From NCBI RefSeq assembly GCF_032444005.1, contig NC_091283.1, positions 435,798,001 to 435,862,000 on the forward strand: a stretch of 64,000 bases of DNA. The letters run 5' to 3'. The notes below the pieces were generated by a model that saw nothing but the letters and a program-made list of their open reading frames with translations, searched no databases and was not told where the DNA came from. Positions 23,310 through 37,205 of the stretch are shown in pieces (position 1 is the first letter of the stretch; every line of letters starts with the position of its first letter). The position numbers and the translations under genes are program-made. Source of the stretch: Ranitomeya imitator (taxonomy: Eukaryota).

Positions 23310-25230
23310 CACTATATGATGATCCCACACAGCCCCTATATAGTATGATGGTTCCCCCACAGACCTCTATATAGTATTATGGTCACCCCAAAGACCTCTA
23401 TATAGTATTATGGTCCCCCCACAGACTTCTATAAAGTATGATGGTCCCCGCAAAGACCTCTATATAGTATGAAGGTCCCCCTAGAGACCTCTATATAGTA
23501 TGATGGTTCCCCCATGGACCTCTATATAGTATGATGGTCCCTCCACAGACCTCTACATAGTATGATGGTTCCTCCACAGACCCCTATATAGTATGATGGT
23601 CCCGCCACAGACCTCTATATAGTATTATGGTCCCCTCACAGACTTCTATATAGTATGATTGTCCCCCCAAAGACCTCTATATAGTATGAAGGTCCCCCTA
23701 CAGACCTCTATATAGTATGATGGTTCCCCCACAGAACTCTATATAGTATGATGGTCCCTCCACAGACCTCTACATAGTATGATGGTTCCTCCACGGACCT
23801 CTATATAGTATGATTGCAGCACCCCAGAGATCTGGTCGTTGCAGTAACGTCGCTCTGCCACTAAGGGGAGTGATGGTACGTCTGATGGCACTAAAGGAGT
23901 TCTACTGACCAGGTATCACCAAGCACACACTACACTTCACACTCCGGCCACTAGGGGGAGTAAAAGGCTTATTTATTGGGCCACTCCTCACATTGGTAAA
24001 ACTAGGGGTTGGACAGGAAGTTAGGCAGAACGAAGCCTGGGAGAGCTCCAGGGAGGACCTGTCAGAACTGGGAAATCTGACAGGTACCTAGCGAAAGGAC
24101 AGATTGTTACGGAACCGCGCCTGCACTACCTTGCGGCGGTATCCTAAGAAAGAGACACGAAGCGAAGGATATTGTGGAACAGTGAGAAACGAGATCAGCA
24201 CAAAGGAGATCCAGTAGGAGTCGTGCCCCAAGAACGGCAACATCTTACTGAGGCACATAGCCGGTGGCCGGAGCACCGAAGAAGTAACAGTCTCCACGCA
24301 TTACTTCAAACAGCGGCAGGACAGTTAATTACAGGTTGGCTGTCTACCATACAACACCTAAGAAGGACATAGGAGGCAATCGTGGGAGAGGGGCGACACT
24401 AGGGTTCCAGAATAACTCCAGGCCTACCTGTCATAAAGGTGCGTCCTAGCCATAACATACCTGGGGGATGGAGAAGAGAAAGATCTAGAAAGAACGAGAA
24501 CAGAAGTTGTGAAGACTATCCTGAATGCTCAGCAGGGAAGCACTACAACACACAGGCGCTAGTGGGTAGACACTGATTTCCACCTGCAAAGGGAACTCTG
24601 GATGTGCCTTCGGACCGGCCGGTCTCAGACAGCCCTGTTGACAGTGCTCTGGATTGAGGATCCTGAAACCTTCAGTAAAAGGTAAAGAAACTGAACCCTG
24701 TGTCCTCGTTATTCCTCGCACTACGCACCATCAACCTTTATTGGACGCCCCTTAGCAGGGTCACGGACCGGGTCTAGCCACCGTGACAGCCTCAGAACCG
24801 AACCAGAGAGGCCCGGTACCGAGAACTCGTGGCCCTGTGCCTGGGGGTGCTCCATGATGGTCCCCCCACAGACCTCTACATAGTATGATGGTTCCTCCAC
24901 AGACCTCCATATAGTATGATGGTCCCCCCAAAGACCTCTATATAGTATGAAGGTCCCCCTACAGACCTCTATATAGTATGATGGTTCCCCCACAGACCTC
25001 TATATAGTATGATTGTCCCTCCACAGACCTCTACATAGTATGATGGTTCCTCCACAGACCTCTATATAGTATGATGGTCCCCCCACAGAACTCTATATGG
25101 TATGATGGTCCCCCCACAGACCTCTGCATAGTATGATGGTTCCCCCACAGACCTCTAGATAGTATGATGGCCCCCAAAAGTACCCCAAATAGTATGATGG
25201 TCCCCTCAACAGCCCCCTACATGGTGTGAT
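23310..25230. repeat. Minisatellite, ~32-bp unit ACAGACCTCTATATAGTATGATGGTCCCCC, split by a solo LTR
   Basis: Tandem units at 23310-23814 and 24855-25230. Confidence 0.9.
23815..24854. mobile_element. Solo LTR (1040 bp)
   Basis: TGCAGCACCCC...GGGGGTGCTCCA termini; 4-bp TSD TGAT at 23811-23814 and 24855-24858; no internal coding region. Confidence 0.85.
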
Positions 25231-25668
25231 GATCCCCCAACAGCCCCATAAAAATGAAAAATCCATATACTCACGCAATCTAGACTGCTCTTCCTCTGCA
25301 GCCTCAGTCTTGTCATCTATCCAGTCTCGCAGAGGACGCTGGTGGCGCAATACAGTGACATCATCATGCAGCCACCATCCTTTGCGTTGTATCGGCATCC
25401 AGTACGCCACACACAGGAAGGAAGCTCGCATCCTGCCGGGGAAAGTGACGGAGCCAGCTGCTTTATGCTCCATCACATCTGTTAACAATATTGGCATCCA
25501 GAGGACAGCGATATTGTTAACAATGTAGTAAACAATGCGGCCCACAGCCGGACCAGCCCATTTGCCAGATTTACCATATGGCCAGTCCACCGCAGGTGCC
25601 AGACTACTACCTTTGGTGTTAGATCTTGCAGCCATATGTTAATCCACTTGAGAACCTGCAGACTTTAA

Positions 25669-25924
25669 AGGGACACTGTCACCTGAATTTGGAGGGAACA
25701 ATCTTTAGCCATAGGGACGGGGTTTTCGGGTGTTTGATTCACCCTTTCCTTACCCGCAAGATTGCCTTGTGCAGGCATGTACTACGGAGGACAGAGAATG
25801 AACTTCAATCCCATATTGCAGCCAGCATGCAGCCAGCAGGTAAGGAAAGGGTGAATCAAACACCTGAAAACCCCGCCCCTATGGCTAAAGATTGTTCCCT
25901 CCAAATTCAGGTGGCAGTGTCCCT
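25669..25924. mobile_element. T2/Kolobok-type palindromic MITE
   Basis: TTAA|AGGGACACTGTCACCTGAATTTGGAGGGAACAATC ... GATTGTTCCCTCCAAATTCAGGTGGCAGTGTCCCT|TTAA. Related copy at 46593-46799. Confidence 0.88.
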
Positions 25925-27044
25925 TTAAAACAGGGGTAGAAGGAGCAGAGAAAGTGAAGAACGTCTGCACTCACACTGGCTGATATTCAGAGCAGGTCTT
26001 CCAAGAAACGCTTGTTTCCCAATGACTAGTCAGTGTGAACAGGTTGGCAATCGCAAACTGCTCATTCATCGGGTGAAATAAATGATAAGCCTGCTGCAAA
26101 ATTGTCGTTCTGTGCAGCAGGACATGACATGTGCTACCAAGAACCATAGTAGTCTATGAGCACAGAACGGGATTCCGTCAGCAGGTTTTTGCCACCTAAC
26201 CTGAGAGCAGTATAATGTAGAGACAGAGATCCTGATTCCAGCGATGTGTCTAGTACTTACCTGCTTGTTGTAATTTTGAGAAAATCACAGTTTTAGCAGC
26301 AGGAAATTATCACTAGAGGACTAGTAAACCTAGTTTACTATATTCATGAGCTCTGTATAATCTCACCCTCACTTCTGATTGGCAGCTTTCTGTACACAGG
26401 AATCTGACAATCAGTGGTGTGGGAGGGGCTATGCAGAGCTTAGCATTTAGAGAACTGCTAGATGTGCAGCAGATAACACTGATTTTATCAAAATTACAGC
26501 AAGCAGCCCAGTAAGTGGCACATTGCTGGAATTATGGCCTCTGCTCCTACATTATGCTGCTCTTATGGAGTATCCTGGTGACAGATTCCATTGAAATGAC
26601 ATCCCATTGGCCAAAGATGTAGTAGTCGTTTCACTACTGGTGATCATAGTCTGTTACCATAGAAACACATAGGGTCTTTATTTTGATCAGAGTTTGGTCC
26701 TAGTGTCATCAGTTTTTCTTGTATGTGGAGAAAAAAATAAACATTTCTCTGCCTTCTCCTTTCTGACAGTCCGTGAAAATTGGACCACACTCGGATGTCT
26801 TTCGAGTGCAATCTGTTTCTCACTGGCTCATAGACTTGCATTGCCAATTTTGATCTCGGTTCACAAAAAATCGTGGGCATGTCAATGGCCCCTTAATATA
26901 TCACAAGGTGCAAGTTCTATAAGTGAAAATCACAGATAACACTTATACACAAAAATTGGACGTGTATATGAGGCCTTACAATGAGAATTCAGAAAACCTA
27001 AATTCATTACCAAGTTGATTAGTCATCAGCTTCTAATTCATTAA

Positions 27045-27428
27045 AGGGGTTCTCCGGTCCAAATTGATAAGTCTGCAATCATTCTGTGTGGCTGCAGACT
27101 TATGAATCCCTCTAGCGCACGCACGGTGTGGGATTCCCCAGCTTCTGAGCCATGACTAGAGGGTATGCGTGAGTTATACATACTCCCGGCCAGGACCCTG
27201 CAGTGGCGCGGCCTCGTTCCATACACTTGTACTGAGTGATGCTCCGCCCAGTCTACTGAGGCAGCCGTCCAGTGGGTGTGGTTGTCCAGTGGGCACAGCC
27301 TCGCTCAATACAAGTGTATGGAACAAGGCCACACCCATTTGTCGAGTTCTGGCCGGGAATATGTACAACTCATACATGTTGGGGGGATTCATAAGTCATA
27401 AGTTATCATTTTTGATAGGACAGCCCCT
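27045..27428. mobile_element. T2-type MITE (degenerate)
   Basis: TTAA|AGGGGTTCTCC ... GGACAGCCCCT|TTTA; internal inverted arms. Confidence 0.6.
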
Positions 27429-27605
27429 TTTAGCCCCTTCCTGACATCAGCCGTACAGAGTATCTGGGGTGCAGGTGTTTGCAGCGGGCTCAGGAGCTGC
27501 GCCTGCCCCATATACTGTACATCAGATGCAAGCTGACTGCGGCCAACCCCGATCGCTCCTGCAGAATCATGTAATGCTCTTGTCAATCTCTTACATGGTA
27601 TTTAA

Positions 27606-28335
27606 CCCCTTTCCGACATGTGCCGTAATAATACGCACATGTCAGATTCCCCATTTGTTGCAGCAGCACTGAGCCCGCACCATTCTGGGCACATGACAGC
27701 TGATCTATACAGTTGATATGTGCCCACAACAGCCGTGGGTGGAATCGTGATCCACCCACGGCTGTTAACTAGTTAAATGCTACTGTTAATCTCTGACAGC
27801 GGCATTTAACTTGCAATTACAGTAAGCTTGTCACTGGCTGCTGTACACGATATGTTAAAACCAATGGTGTTGTTCAAAAGTACAACTTGTCCGGCAGAGA
27901 ACAAGCCCTCACACAGCCCCGATCGCAGGAGAATGAAAACATTTCAGGTATCAGAAAAATGCGACATTTTATTTTTTAAAGTTCAGATTTTTTTTTTTAG
28001 CCACTAAAATGTATATTAAAAATCTACACAAGATTGGGGGTCTCCGTGACCGCACCAACCAGGAAACTCATGTCACTGGGTCAGGTTTACCACAGGAAGA
28101 ACGGTGAACAAACAAAACCCTCGAAAAAATGTCCGAGTTGCTATTTTTTCACCTATTGCCGCACTTTATATATTTTTTCACATCGTCCAGTACATTATGT
28201 GGTAAAATGAATAGTGTCATTCAAAACTACAACTCGTCCTGTATAATAACAAGGCCTTAGGGTGATGGAAAAATGAAAAAGAAGGGGAGAAAAAACGAAA
28301 GTGCCAAGATGTAAATTGGCCGCTGTGGGAGAGGG
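27606..28335. mobile_element. piggyBac-like MITE
   Basis: TTAA|CCCCTTTCC ... GGGAGAGGG|TTAA. Confidence 0.65.
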
Positions 28336-28428
28336 TTAATATAGTTGGAACCCTTTTAACCCCTCACTATCTGTAACAGATATGGCTAACTATGGATGAT
28401 ATATCTGGTTGTCCTGACAGGAGTGTAA

Positions 28429-31400
28429 TCTATCTATATAATTGTCTAAGGGGCACTTCCGTCTTTCTTTCTTTCTGTCTGTCTGTCCCGGATATTCATT
28501 GGTCGCGGCCAGCCAGTGGGCGTAGACAAAAGGGCAGGGGAGGCCAGGAAGTATGCAGAGCGAGTCCCCGCCCACACCGTACAGGCCCAGCCAGAAGCAC
28601 TGTAAAGGGGGCGGAGCCGGCTGGGACCATGGGCACTGTTGGGCCTACCGCGGCAAAAAGCCGGAGACTAAATTAGCGGCCGCGGCTCGTGGCCAGTCAG
28701 TACAGGCCTGGCCAGAAGCGCTGCAAAGGGGGTGGAGTCGCCGTGAGGAAGGCGGAGCCGGCCAGGATCATGGACACGGCTGGGCAATATACTACGTGGC
28801 TGTGCAATATACTACGTGGCTGGGCAATACAGTACGTGACTGGCCAATATACTACGTGGCTGGGCAATATAGCATGTGACTGGGCAATATACTACATGGT
28901 TGGGCAATATACTACGTGGTTGGGCAATATACTACGGGCTGTGCAATATACTACGTGGCTGGGCAATATAGTACGTGACTGGGCAATATAGTACGTGACT
29001 GGGCAATATATTACGTGGCTGGGCAATATACTACGTGACTGCTATATACTACATGACTGGGCAATATACTATGTGGTTGGGCAATATACTACGTGGCTGT
29101 GCAATATACTACGTGGCAGGTCAATATACTACGTGACTGGGCAATATAGCACGTGACTGGGCAATATACTATGTGGCTGTGCAATATACTACGTGGGTGG
29201 GCAATATACTACGTGGCTGCGCAATATACTACGTCACGTGACTAGGCAATATACTACGTGACTGGGCAATATACTACATGACTGGGCAATATACTACGTG
29301 ATTGGGCAATATACTACATGGTTGGGCAATATACTACGTGGGTGGGCAATATACTACGTGGCTGCGCAATATACTACGTCACTGGACAATATACTACGTG
29401 ACTGGGCAATATACTACGTGGTTGGGCAATATACTACGTGACTGGGCAATATACTGCGTGACTGGACAATATAGTACGTGACTGGCCAATATACTACGTG
29501 GCTGGGCAATATACTACGTGACTGGGCAATATACTACGTGACTGGGCAATATACTACGTGGCTGGGCAATATACTACGTGACTGGGCAATATACTACGTG
29601 GCTGGGCAATATACTACGTGGCTGGCCAATATACTACGTGACTGGGCAATATACTACGTGACTGGGCAATATACTACGTGGCTGGGCAATATAATACGTG
29701 GCTGGCCAATATACTACGGATGGAAGGTGAGTATATACTACTTGTGATGTGCTATATACTCTGTGGCTGTGCTATATACTACATTGCTGTGCAATATACT
29801 ATGTGGCTGTTCAATATACTATGTGGCTGTGCAATATATTACGTGGCTGTGCAATATACTACGTGGCTGTGCAATATACTAAGTGTCTGTGCAATATACT
29901 ATGTGGGCTGTGCAATATACTGCGTGGGCTGTGCAATATACTACGTGGCTGGGCAATATATTACGTGGCTGGGCAATATAGCAAGTGACTGGGCAATATA
30001 CTACGTGGTTGGGCAATATACTACGTGGTTGGGCAATATACTACGGGCTGTGCAATATACTACGTGGCTGGGCAATATAGTACGTGACTGGGCAATATAG
30101 TACGTGACTGGGCAATATATTACGTGGCTGGGCAATATACTACGTGACTGCTATATACTACATGACTGGGCAATATACTATGTGGTTGGGCAATATACTA
30201 CGTGGCTGTGCAATATACTACGTGGCAGGTCAATATACTACGTGACTGGGCAATATAGCACGTGACTGGGCAATATACTATGTGGCTGTGCAATATACTA
30301 CGTGGGTGGGCAATATACTACGTGGCTGCGCAATATACTACGTCACGTAACTAGGCAATACACTACGTGACTGGGCAATATACTACATGACTGGGCAATA
30401 TACTACGTAATTGGGCAATATACTACATGGTTGGGCAATATACTACGTGGGTGGGCAATATACTACGTGGCTGCGCAATATACTACGTCACTGGACAATA
30501 TACTATGTGACTGGGCAATATACTACGTGGTTGGGCAATATACTACGTGACTGGGCAATATACTGCGTGACTGGACAATATAGTACGTGACTGGCCAATA
30601 TACTACGTGGCTGGGCAATATACTACGTGACTGGGCAATATACTACGTGACTGGGCAATATACTACGTGGCTGGGCAATATACCACGTGACTGGGCAATA
30701 TACTACGTGGCTGGGCAATATACTACGTGGCTGGCCAATATACTACGTGACTGGGCAATATACTACGTGACTGGGCAATATACTACGTGGCTGGGCAATA
30801 TAATACGTGGCTGGCCAATATACTACGGATGGAAGGTGAGTATATACTACTTGTGATGTGCTATATACTCTGTGGCTGTGCTATATACTACATTGCTGTG
30901 CAATATACTATGTGGCTGTTCAATATACTATGTGGCTGTGCAATATATTACGTGGCTGTGCAATATACTACGTGGCTGTGCAATATACTACGTGGCTGTG
31001 CAATATACTATGTGGGCTGTGCAATATACTGCGTGGGCTGTGCAATATACTACGTGGCTGGGCAATATATTACGTGGCTCTGCAATATACTACGTGTCTG
31101 TGCTATATACTGCGTGGGCTGTGCAATATACTACGTGGCTGGGCAATATATTACGTGGCTGTGCAATATACTACGTGGCTGTGCAATATACTACGTGGCT
31201 GTGCAATATACTATGTGGGCTGTGCAATATACTGCGTGGGCTGTGCAATATACTACGTGGCTGTGCAATATACTACGTGGCTGTGCAATATACTACATGG
31301 ACTGTGCAATATACTGCGTGGGCTGTGCAATATACTACGTGGCTGGGCAATATGCTACATGGCTCTGCAATATACTACGTGTCTGTGTTATATGCTACGT

Positions 31401-34400
31401 GGTCTGTGCAACATACTACCTGGCTGTGCAATATACTACGTGGGCTGGGCAATATATTACGTGGCTGTGCAATATACTACATGGCTGTGCAATATACTAC
31501 TTGGCTGTGCAATATACTACATGGGCTGTGCAATATACTGCGTGGGCTGTGCAATATACTACGTGGCTGGGCAATATACTATGTGGCTCTGCAATATACT
31601 ACGTGTCTGTGCTATATACTATGTGGTCTGTGCAATATACTACGTGGGCTGGGCAATATACTACGTTGGCTGGGCAATATACTACGTGGCTGGGCAATAT
31701 ACTACGTAGGCTGGGCAATATACTACGTGGTCTGTGCAATAGGCTGTGCAATATACTACGTGGCTGTGCTATATACTATGTGGGCTGTGCAATATACTAC
31801 ATGGCTGGACAATATACTACGTGGCTGGGCAATATACTATGTGACTGGGCAATATAGCACGTGACTGGGCAATATACTACGTGGCTGGGCAATATAATAC
31901 GGGCTATGCAATATACTACATGGCTGGGCAATATAGTACGTGACTGGGCAATATAGTACGTGACTGGGCAATATACTATGTGACTGCGCTATATACTACG
32001 TGACTGGGCAATATACTACATGGTTGGGCAATATACTACGTGGCTGTGCAATATACTACGTGGCTGGGCAATATACTACGTGACTGGACAATATAGCACG
32101 TGACTGGGCAATATACTATGTGGTTGGGCAATATACTACGTGGCTGGGCAATATACTACGTGACTGGGCAATATAGCACGTGACTGGGCAATATACTATG
32201 TGGTTGGGCAATATACTACTTGGCTGTGCAATATACTACGTGACTGGGAAATATAGTACGTGACTGGGCAATATACTACGTGACTGGGCAATATACTACG
32301 TGATTGGACAATATACTACGTGGCTGGGCAATATACTACGTGGCTGCGCAATATACTACGTCTCTGTGCAATATAGTATGTGACTGGGCAATATACTACG
32401 TGGTTGGGCAATATACTACGTGGCTAGGCAATATACTACGTGGCTCTATGCTGTATACTACGTGACTGGGCAATATACTACGTGACAGGGCAATATATTA
32501 CGTGGCTCTATGCTGTATACTACGTGACTGGGCATTATACTATGTGGCTGGGCAATATACTACGTGGCTGTGCAATATACTACGTGGCTGGGCAATATAC
32601 TACGTGGCTGGGCAATATACTACGTGACTGGGCAATATACTACGTGGCTGGGCAATATACTACGTAGCTGGGCAATATACTACGTGGCTGGGCAATATAC
32701 TACGTAGCTGGGCAATATACTACGTTACTGGGCAATATACTACGTGACTGGGCAATATACTACGTGGCTGGGCAATATACTACGTAGCTGGGCAATATAC
32801 TACGTGGCTGGGCAATATACTACGTAGCTGGGCAATATACTATGTTACTGGGCAATATACTACGTGACTGGGCAATATACTACGTGGCTGGGCAATATAC
32901 TACGTGGCTGGGCAATATACTACGTAGCTGGGCAATATACTACGTGGCTGGGCAATATACTACGTAGCTGGGCAATATACTACGTGGCTGGGCAATATAC
33001 TACGTAGCTGGGCAATATACTACGTGGCTGGGCAATATACTACGTAGCTGGGCAATATACTACGTGGCTGGGCAATATACTACGTAGCTGGGCAATATAC
33101 TACGTGGCTGGGCAATATACTACGTGACTGGGCAATATACTACGTGACTGGGCAATATACTACGTGACTGGGCAATATACTACGTGGCTGGGCAATATAC
33201 TACGTGGCTGGGCAATATACTACGTAGCTGGGCAATATACTACGTGGCTGGGCAATATACTACGTGACTGGGCAATATACTACGTGACTGGGCAATATAC
33301 TACGTGACTGGGCAATATACTACGTGACTGGGCAATATACTACGTGACTGGGCAATATACTACGTAGCTGGGCCATATACTACGTGGCTGGGCAATATAC
33401 TACGTAGCTGGGCAATATACTACGTGGCTGGGCAATATACTACGTGACTGGGCAATATACTACGTGACTGGGCAATATACTACGTGACTGGGCAATATAC
33501 TACGTGACTGGGCAATATACTACGTGGCTGGGCAATATACTACGTAGCTGGGCAATATACTACGTAGCTGGGCAATATACTACGTAGCTGGGCAATATAC
33601 TACGTTACTGGGCAATATACTACGTGACTGGGCAATATACTACGTGACTGGGCAATATACTACATGACTGGGCAATATACTACGTAGCTGGGCAATATAC
33701 TACGTAGCTGGGCAATATACTACGTGGCTGGGCAATATACTACGTGACTGGGCAATATACTACGTGACTGGGCAATATACTACGTGGCTGGGCAATATAC
33801 TACGTAGCTGGGCAATATACTACGTAGCTGGGCAATATACTACGTAGCTGGGCAATATACTACGTTACTGGGCAATATACTACGTGACTGGGCAATATAC
33901 TACGTGACTGGGCAATATACTACATGACTGGGCAATATACTACGTAGCTGGGCAATATACTACGTAGCTGGGCAATATACTACGTGGCTGGGCAATATAC
34001 TACGTGACTGGGCAATATACTACATGACTGGGCAATATACTACGTAGCTGGGCAATATACTACGTAGCTGGGCAATATACTACGTGGCTGGGCAATATAC
34101 TACGTGGCTGGGCAATATACTACATGACTGGGCAATATACTACATCGCTGGGCAATATACTACGTGGCTGGGCAATATACTACGTAGCTGGGCAATATAC
34201 TACGTGGCTGGGCAATATACTACGTGACTGGGCAATATACTACGTGACTGGGCAATATACTACGTGACTGGGCAATATACTACGTGACTGGGCAATATAC
34301 TACGTGACTGGGCAATATACTACGTGGCTGGGCAATATACTACGTGGCTGGGCAATATACTACGTGGCTGGGCAATATACTACGTAGCTGGGCAATATAC

Positions 34401-34497
34401 TACGTTACTGGGCAATATACTACGTGACTGGGCAATACACTATGTGGACATGCATATTCTAGAATACCCGATGCGTTAGAATCGGGCCACCAACTAG
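28429..34497 (+). mobile_element. Non-autonomous Helitron with a giant internal satellite
   Basis: A|TC 5' end (TCTATCTATATAATTGTCTAAGGGGCACTTCCGTC). Subterminal hairpin CCCGAT-GCGTTAGA-ATCGGG. 3' end CTAG|T at 34494-34497. No TSD. Both termini match the copy starting at 55452. Confidence 0.88.
28785..34445 (+). repeat. ~5.7-kb tandem array of a ~20-bp unit GGCAATATACTACGTG(A/G)CTG
   Basis: Read directly. Near-perfect 20-bp phase from ~32580 to 34436; internal 1109-bp duplication. Confidence 0.97.
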
Positions 34498-34517
34498 TAA
34501 GTTTATAATGCACTGCA

Positions 34518-34830
34518 GAGGTCACGTGGTGCCTCCTCCTGCATTCTACGCAGCACATAGCGCCATCTGGTGGACAATGAGCGTATGGCGCTTCCTTCTC
34601 CCTATTCGTACAGATCGTTATTTGGACCGTACCATTTCACCCCCGTGTATCTTAATTTCACCACTTACAATAATGTAAAAGTGGACATGATGATAAATAA
34701 TAATAGTTCATTATTTTAATAAATATTGCTCCTGTATCAGATTTTTTTTCCCGGAATGCTATTTATTCATATAATGATGAGGTAATGTGCGTCCCTCTGC
34801 CGACAATGGTACAGTCCCAAGATGGCGGCC
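34518..34830 (+). promoter_or_regulatory. Probable PFDN4 proximal promoter/5' UTR with E-box, CTCF-like and YY1-like motifs
   Basis: GTCACGTGG at 34521-34529; TAGCGCCATCTGGTGGAC (CTCF consensus on - strand) at 34558-34575; CAAGATGGCGGC (YY1) at 34818-34829 overlapping the ATG. Motif matches only. Confidence 0.55.
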
Positions 34831-34845
34831 ACCATGAAAAAGACG
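34822..34845 (+). CDS. PFDN4: Prefoldin subunit 4, coding exon 1 (MAATMKKT)
   Basis: ATG GCG GCC ACC ATG AAA AAG ACG|GTGAGG matches human MAATMKKA; phase-0 donor. Confidence 0.85.
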
Positions 34846-36615
34846 GTGAGGCAGCTGGGGCCAGTATTTGGGGTGTTGGGGGGCTAATAGGGGGACCTTT
34901 TTGTGATTAAAGTAGTTGAGGGGAAGCGGGGACGATTCTGTGCGCAATTTAGCGACATTTTCTGTGTAATGGAGGAGGAATTGTTAATCTCCTCCCAGTA
35001 TGACCAAAACATGCAGCTCGCACATCCATAGGTCTTAGCATGACATACTGGAGGCACAAGGACGTGTAGCTTTCATTTGCAGCCCGTGGTTTATAGTATT
35101 TGGGGGGTTTTTAGCTGTTGTGGATCTATAACTCCCAGCTTGCCCAGGATGCCAGATTATTGGAAATTCTGGACTATCAGATGCAGAGAAATAATGTGAC
35201 ACAAGGCATAACAATGTTATTTGCGGGACTACAACATTAAGGCTAAATTCACACTAGGTATTTTTGCTGAGGTTTTTTTCTGCAGCCAAACCTGCACTCT
35301 TAGCAGAAAAGAAGCAGCGTAAAAGACTCATGTTTTGATGCGTTTGTGGTGAGTTTTTTTTGGTGCATTTTTCAGGATCCCAAAGTTCAGTTTTGCTTCC
35401 ATAACAGACGCATGAACACAGGTCACCAATACAGCATTTTTCACCCGTTGAAATGAATGGCTGGTGAAAAAAGGCACTAAAAACACGGATATGGTTCAAT
35501 GGTGGTGCGCGGATGTCAGGTTTTTCACACGGACCATTTGTGTGGAAAAACACGCAGACATGTCTTTTTTTTTTTCTTCCCGGCACCACAGAGGAAATGC
35601 GTGCCGCACACTGATGACACACGGATGACATTCTTGTGACATCTGTCTGACACCCAAATGAAACTCCGGCGGCTGGAGAAAGCAGTTCAGTTAGCACTTT
35701 TCACAGCCGCTGATTGCTGACTACAACTATCATCATCCTCACCTTGTCCCCCTGCAATCAGGGGAATAGTCGGTAGTGTCTGACAGACGCCTCTCCATAA
35801 CTAACCCCTGGGTTTAATGTCAGCAGACATTACACCGCTTGCCAACGCACTAGGGCAAGCGGGAAGAGCCGAGGCTAAGTGCCAGAATTGGCGCACCTAA
35901 TGTATGCACCATTTCGGGGGTGGCTGAGGACTGGTGTTATTAGTCTGAGATCCTTCCCAGCCTATTAAGATCATCCTCCGGCTGTCTGTTTAGCCTTTGC
36001 TGGTTATTAAAAATAGGGAGGACCCTATGTCATTTTTTTTTTTTTTTTAGAAACCAGCGAAGGATTTTTAATTCTGTAGTTTTTTGCTTGTTTCCTAGGA
36101 TACCAGCCACTGCTTCTTTCTATCAGAGGTGGATAATAGAACTTGCAAGTCCTTTACAATACATCTTATAAGTGCTGCTCTGGAGCTTCAGTTCAAACCT
36201 GTCTATAGTATCGATCCAGGAGTGCACAGGTCGGACTAGTGGTTCAGCCATACTGCTGGCCCGAACTGTCACTCATTAGGAGTGCCCCACTTTCCTTGGC
36301 AAGAAGGAAGCTTTGAAACTTGGGAGTGGTGTGCGCCTGAAGAATCAGCATGAGACAAACCTTTTGAACTAGTGTACAGAATTTCTGGCCATTGGGTGCC
36401 GTATTAGAGCTTATGAATATTGTAGCGTGGGTCTCCTAACTGACAATCCCCCCCCCCCCACCTGCCATGAGCCGATCTGCAGGACTCATGCTGGCCATGT
36501 ATTATACAGACAGCCTCTTGCGTCAGTGACTGGCACGTAATCCTTCATTTCCCCTGCAGTGGGCATCACATGTCTGTTGGTGTCCAAGAGGAAAACTGCT
36601 GGAATGTGGATTTAA

Positions 36616-37205
36616 AGGGAACCTGTCGCCCCCAAAATGGAAGGTGAGCTAAGCCCACCGGCATCAGGGGCTTATCTACAGCATTCTGTAACGCTGTAGA
36701 TAAGCCCCCAATGTAACCTAAAAGATGAGAAAAAGAGGTTAGATTATACTCACCCATGGGCGGTCCCGCTGCGGTCCGGGTCTGATGGGCATCGCGGTCC
36801 GGTCTGGGGCCTCCCATCTTCTTATGATGACATCTTCTTTTGGTCTTCACGCTGCAGCTCCGGCGCAGGCGTACTTTGTCTGCCCTGTTGAGGCGCGGGG
36901 AAAGGTCAGAGAGGCCCGGCGCTTGCGCACTGCAGTACTTTGCTCTGCCCTCAACAGGACAGACAAAGTACGCCTGAGCCGGAGCCACAGCGTGAAGACA
37001 AGAAGAGGACGTCATCTGATGAAGATGGGAGGCGCCGGACCGCAACGCCCATCGGACCAGACAACCCCTGGGTGAGTATAATCTAACCTCTTTTTCTCAT
37101 CTTTCAGGATACATCGGGGGTTTATCTGCAGCATTCCAGAATGCTGTAGATAACCCCTGATGATGGGCTTAGCTCATCTTCCATTTTGGGGGTGACAGGT
37201 TCCCT
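36616..37205. mobile_element. T2/Kolobok-type MITE (PFDN4 intron 1)
   Basis: TTAA|AGGGAACCTGTCGCCCCCAAAATGGAAG ... CTTCCATTTTGGGGGTGACAGGTTCCCT|TTAA. Confidence 0.88.

Noticed and set aside
23310-25230. ~32-bp repeats superficially like a CRISPR array
   Set aside because: Head-to-tail units with no unique spacers, in a eukaryotic context with no cas genes.
15350-28400. CYP24A1 exons expected upstream of PFDN4 from mammalian synteny
   Set aside because: No cytochrome P450-like peptide was recognised in any provided ORF or in the frames I read, and no convincing DR3 vitamin-D element was found.
29478-32667. Long ORFs (up to 356 aa) rich in Y/C/W/A
   Set aside because: Translations of the stop-poor 20-bp satellite, open in several frames at once; no coding signature.
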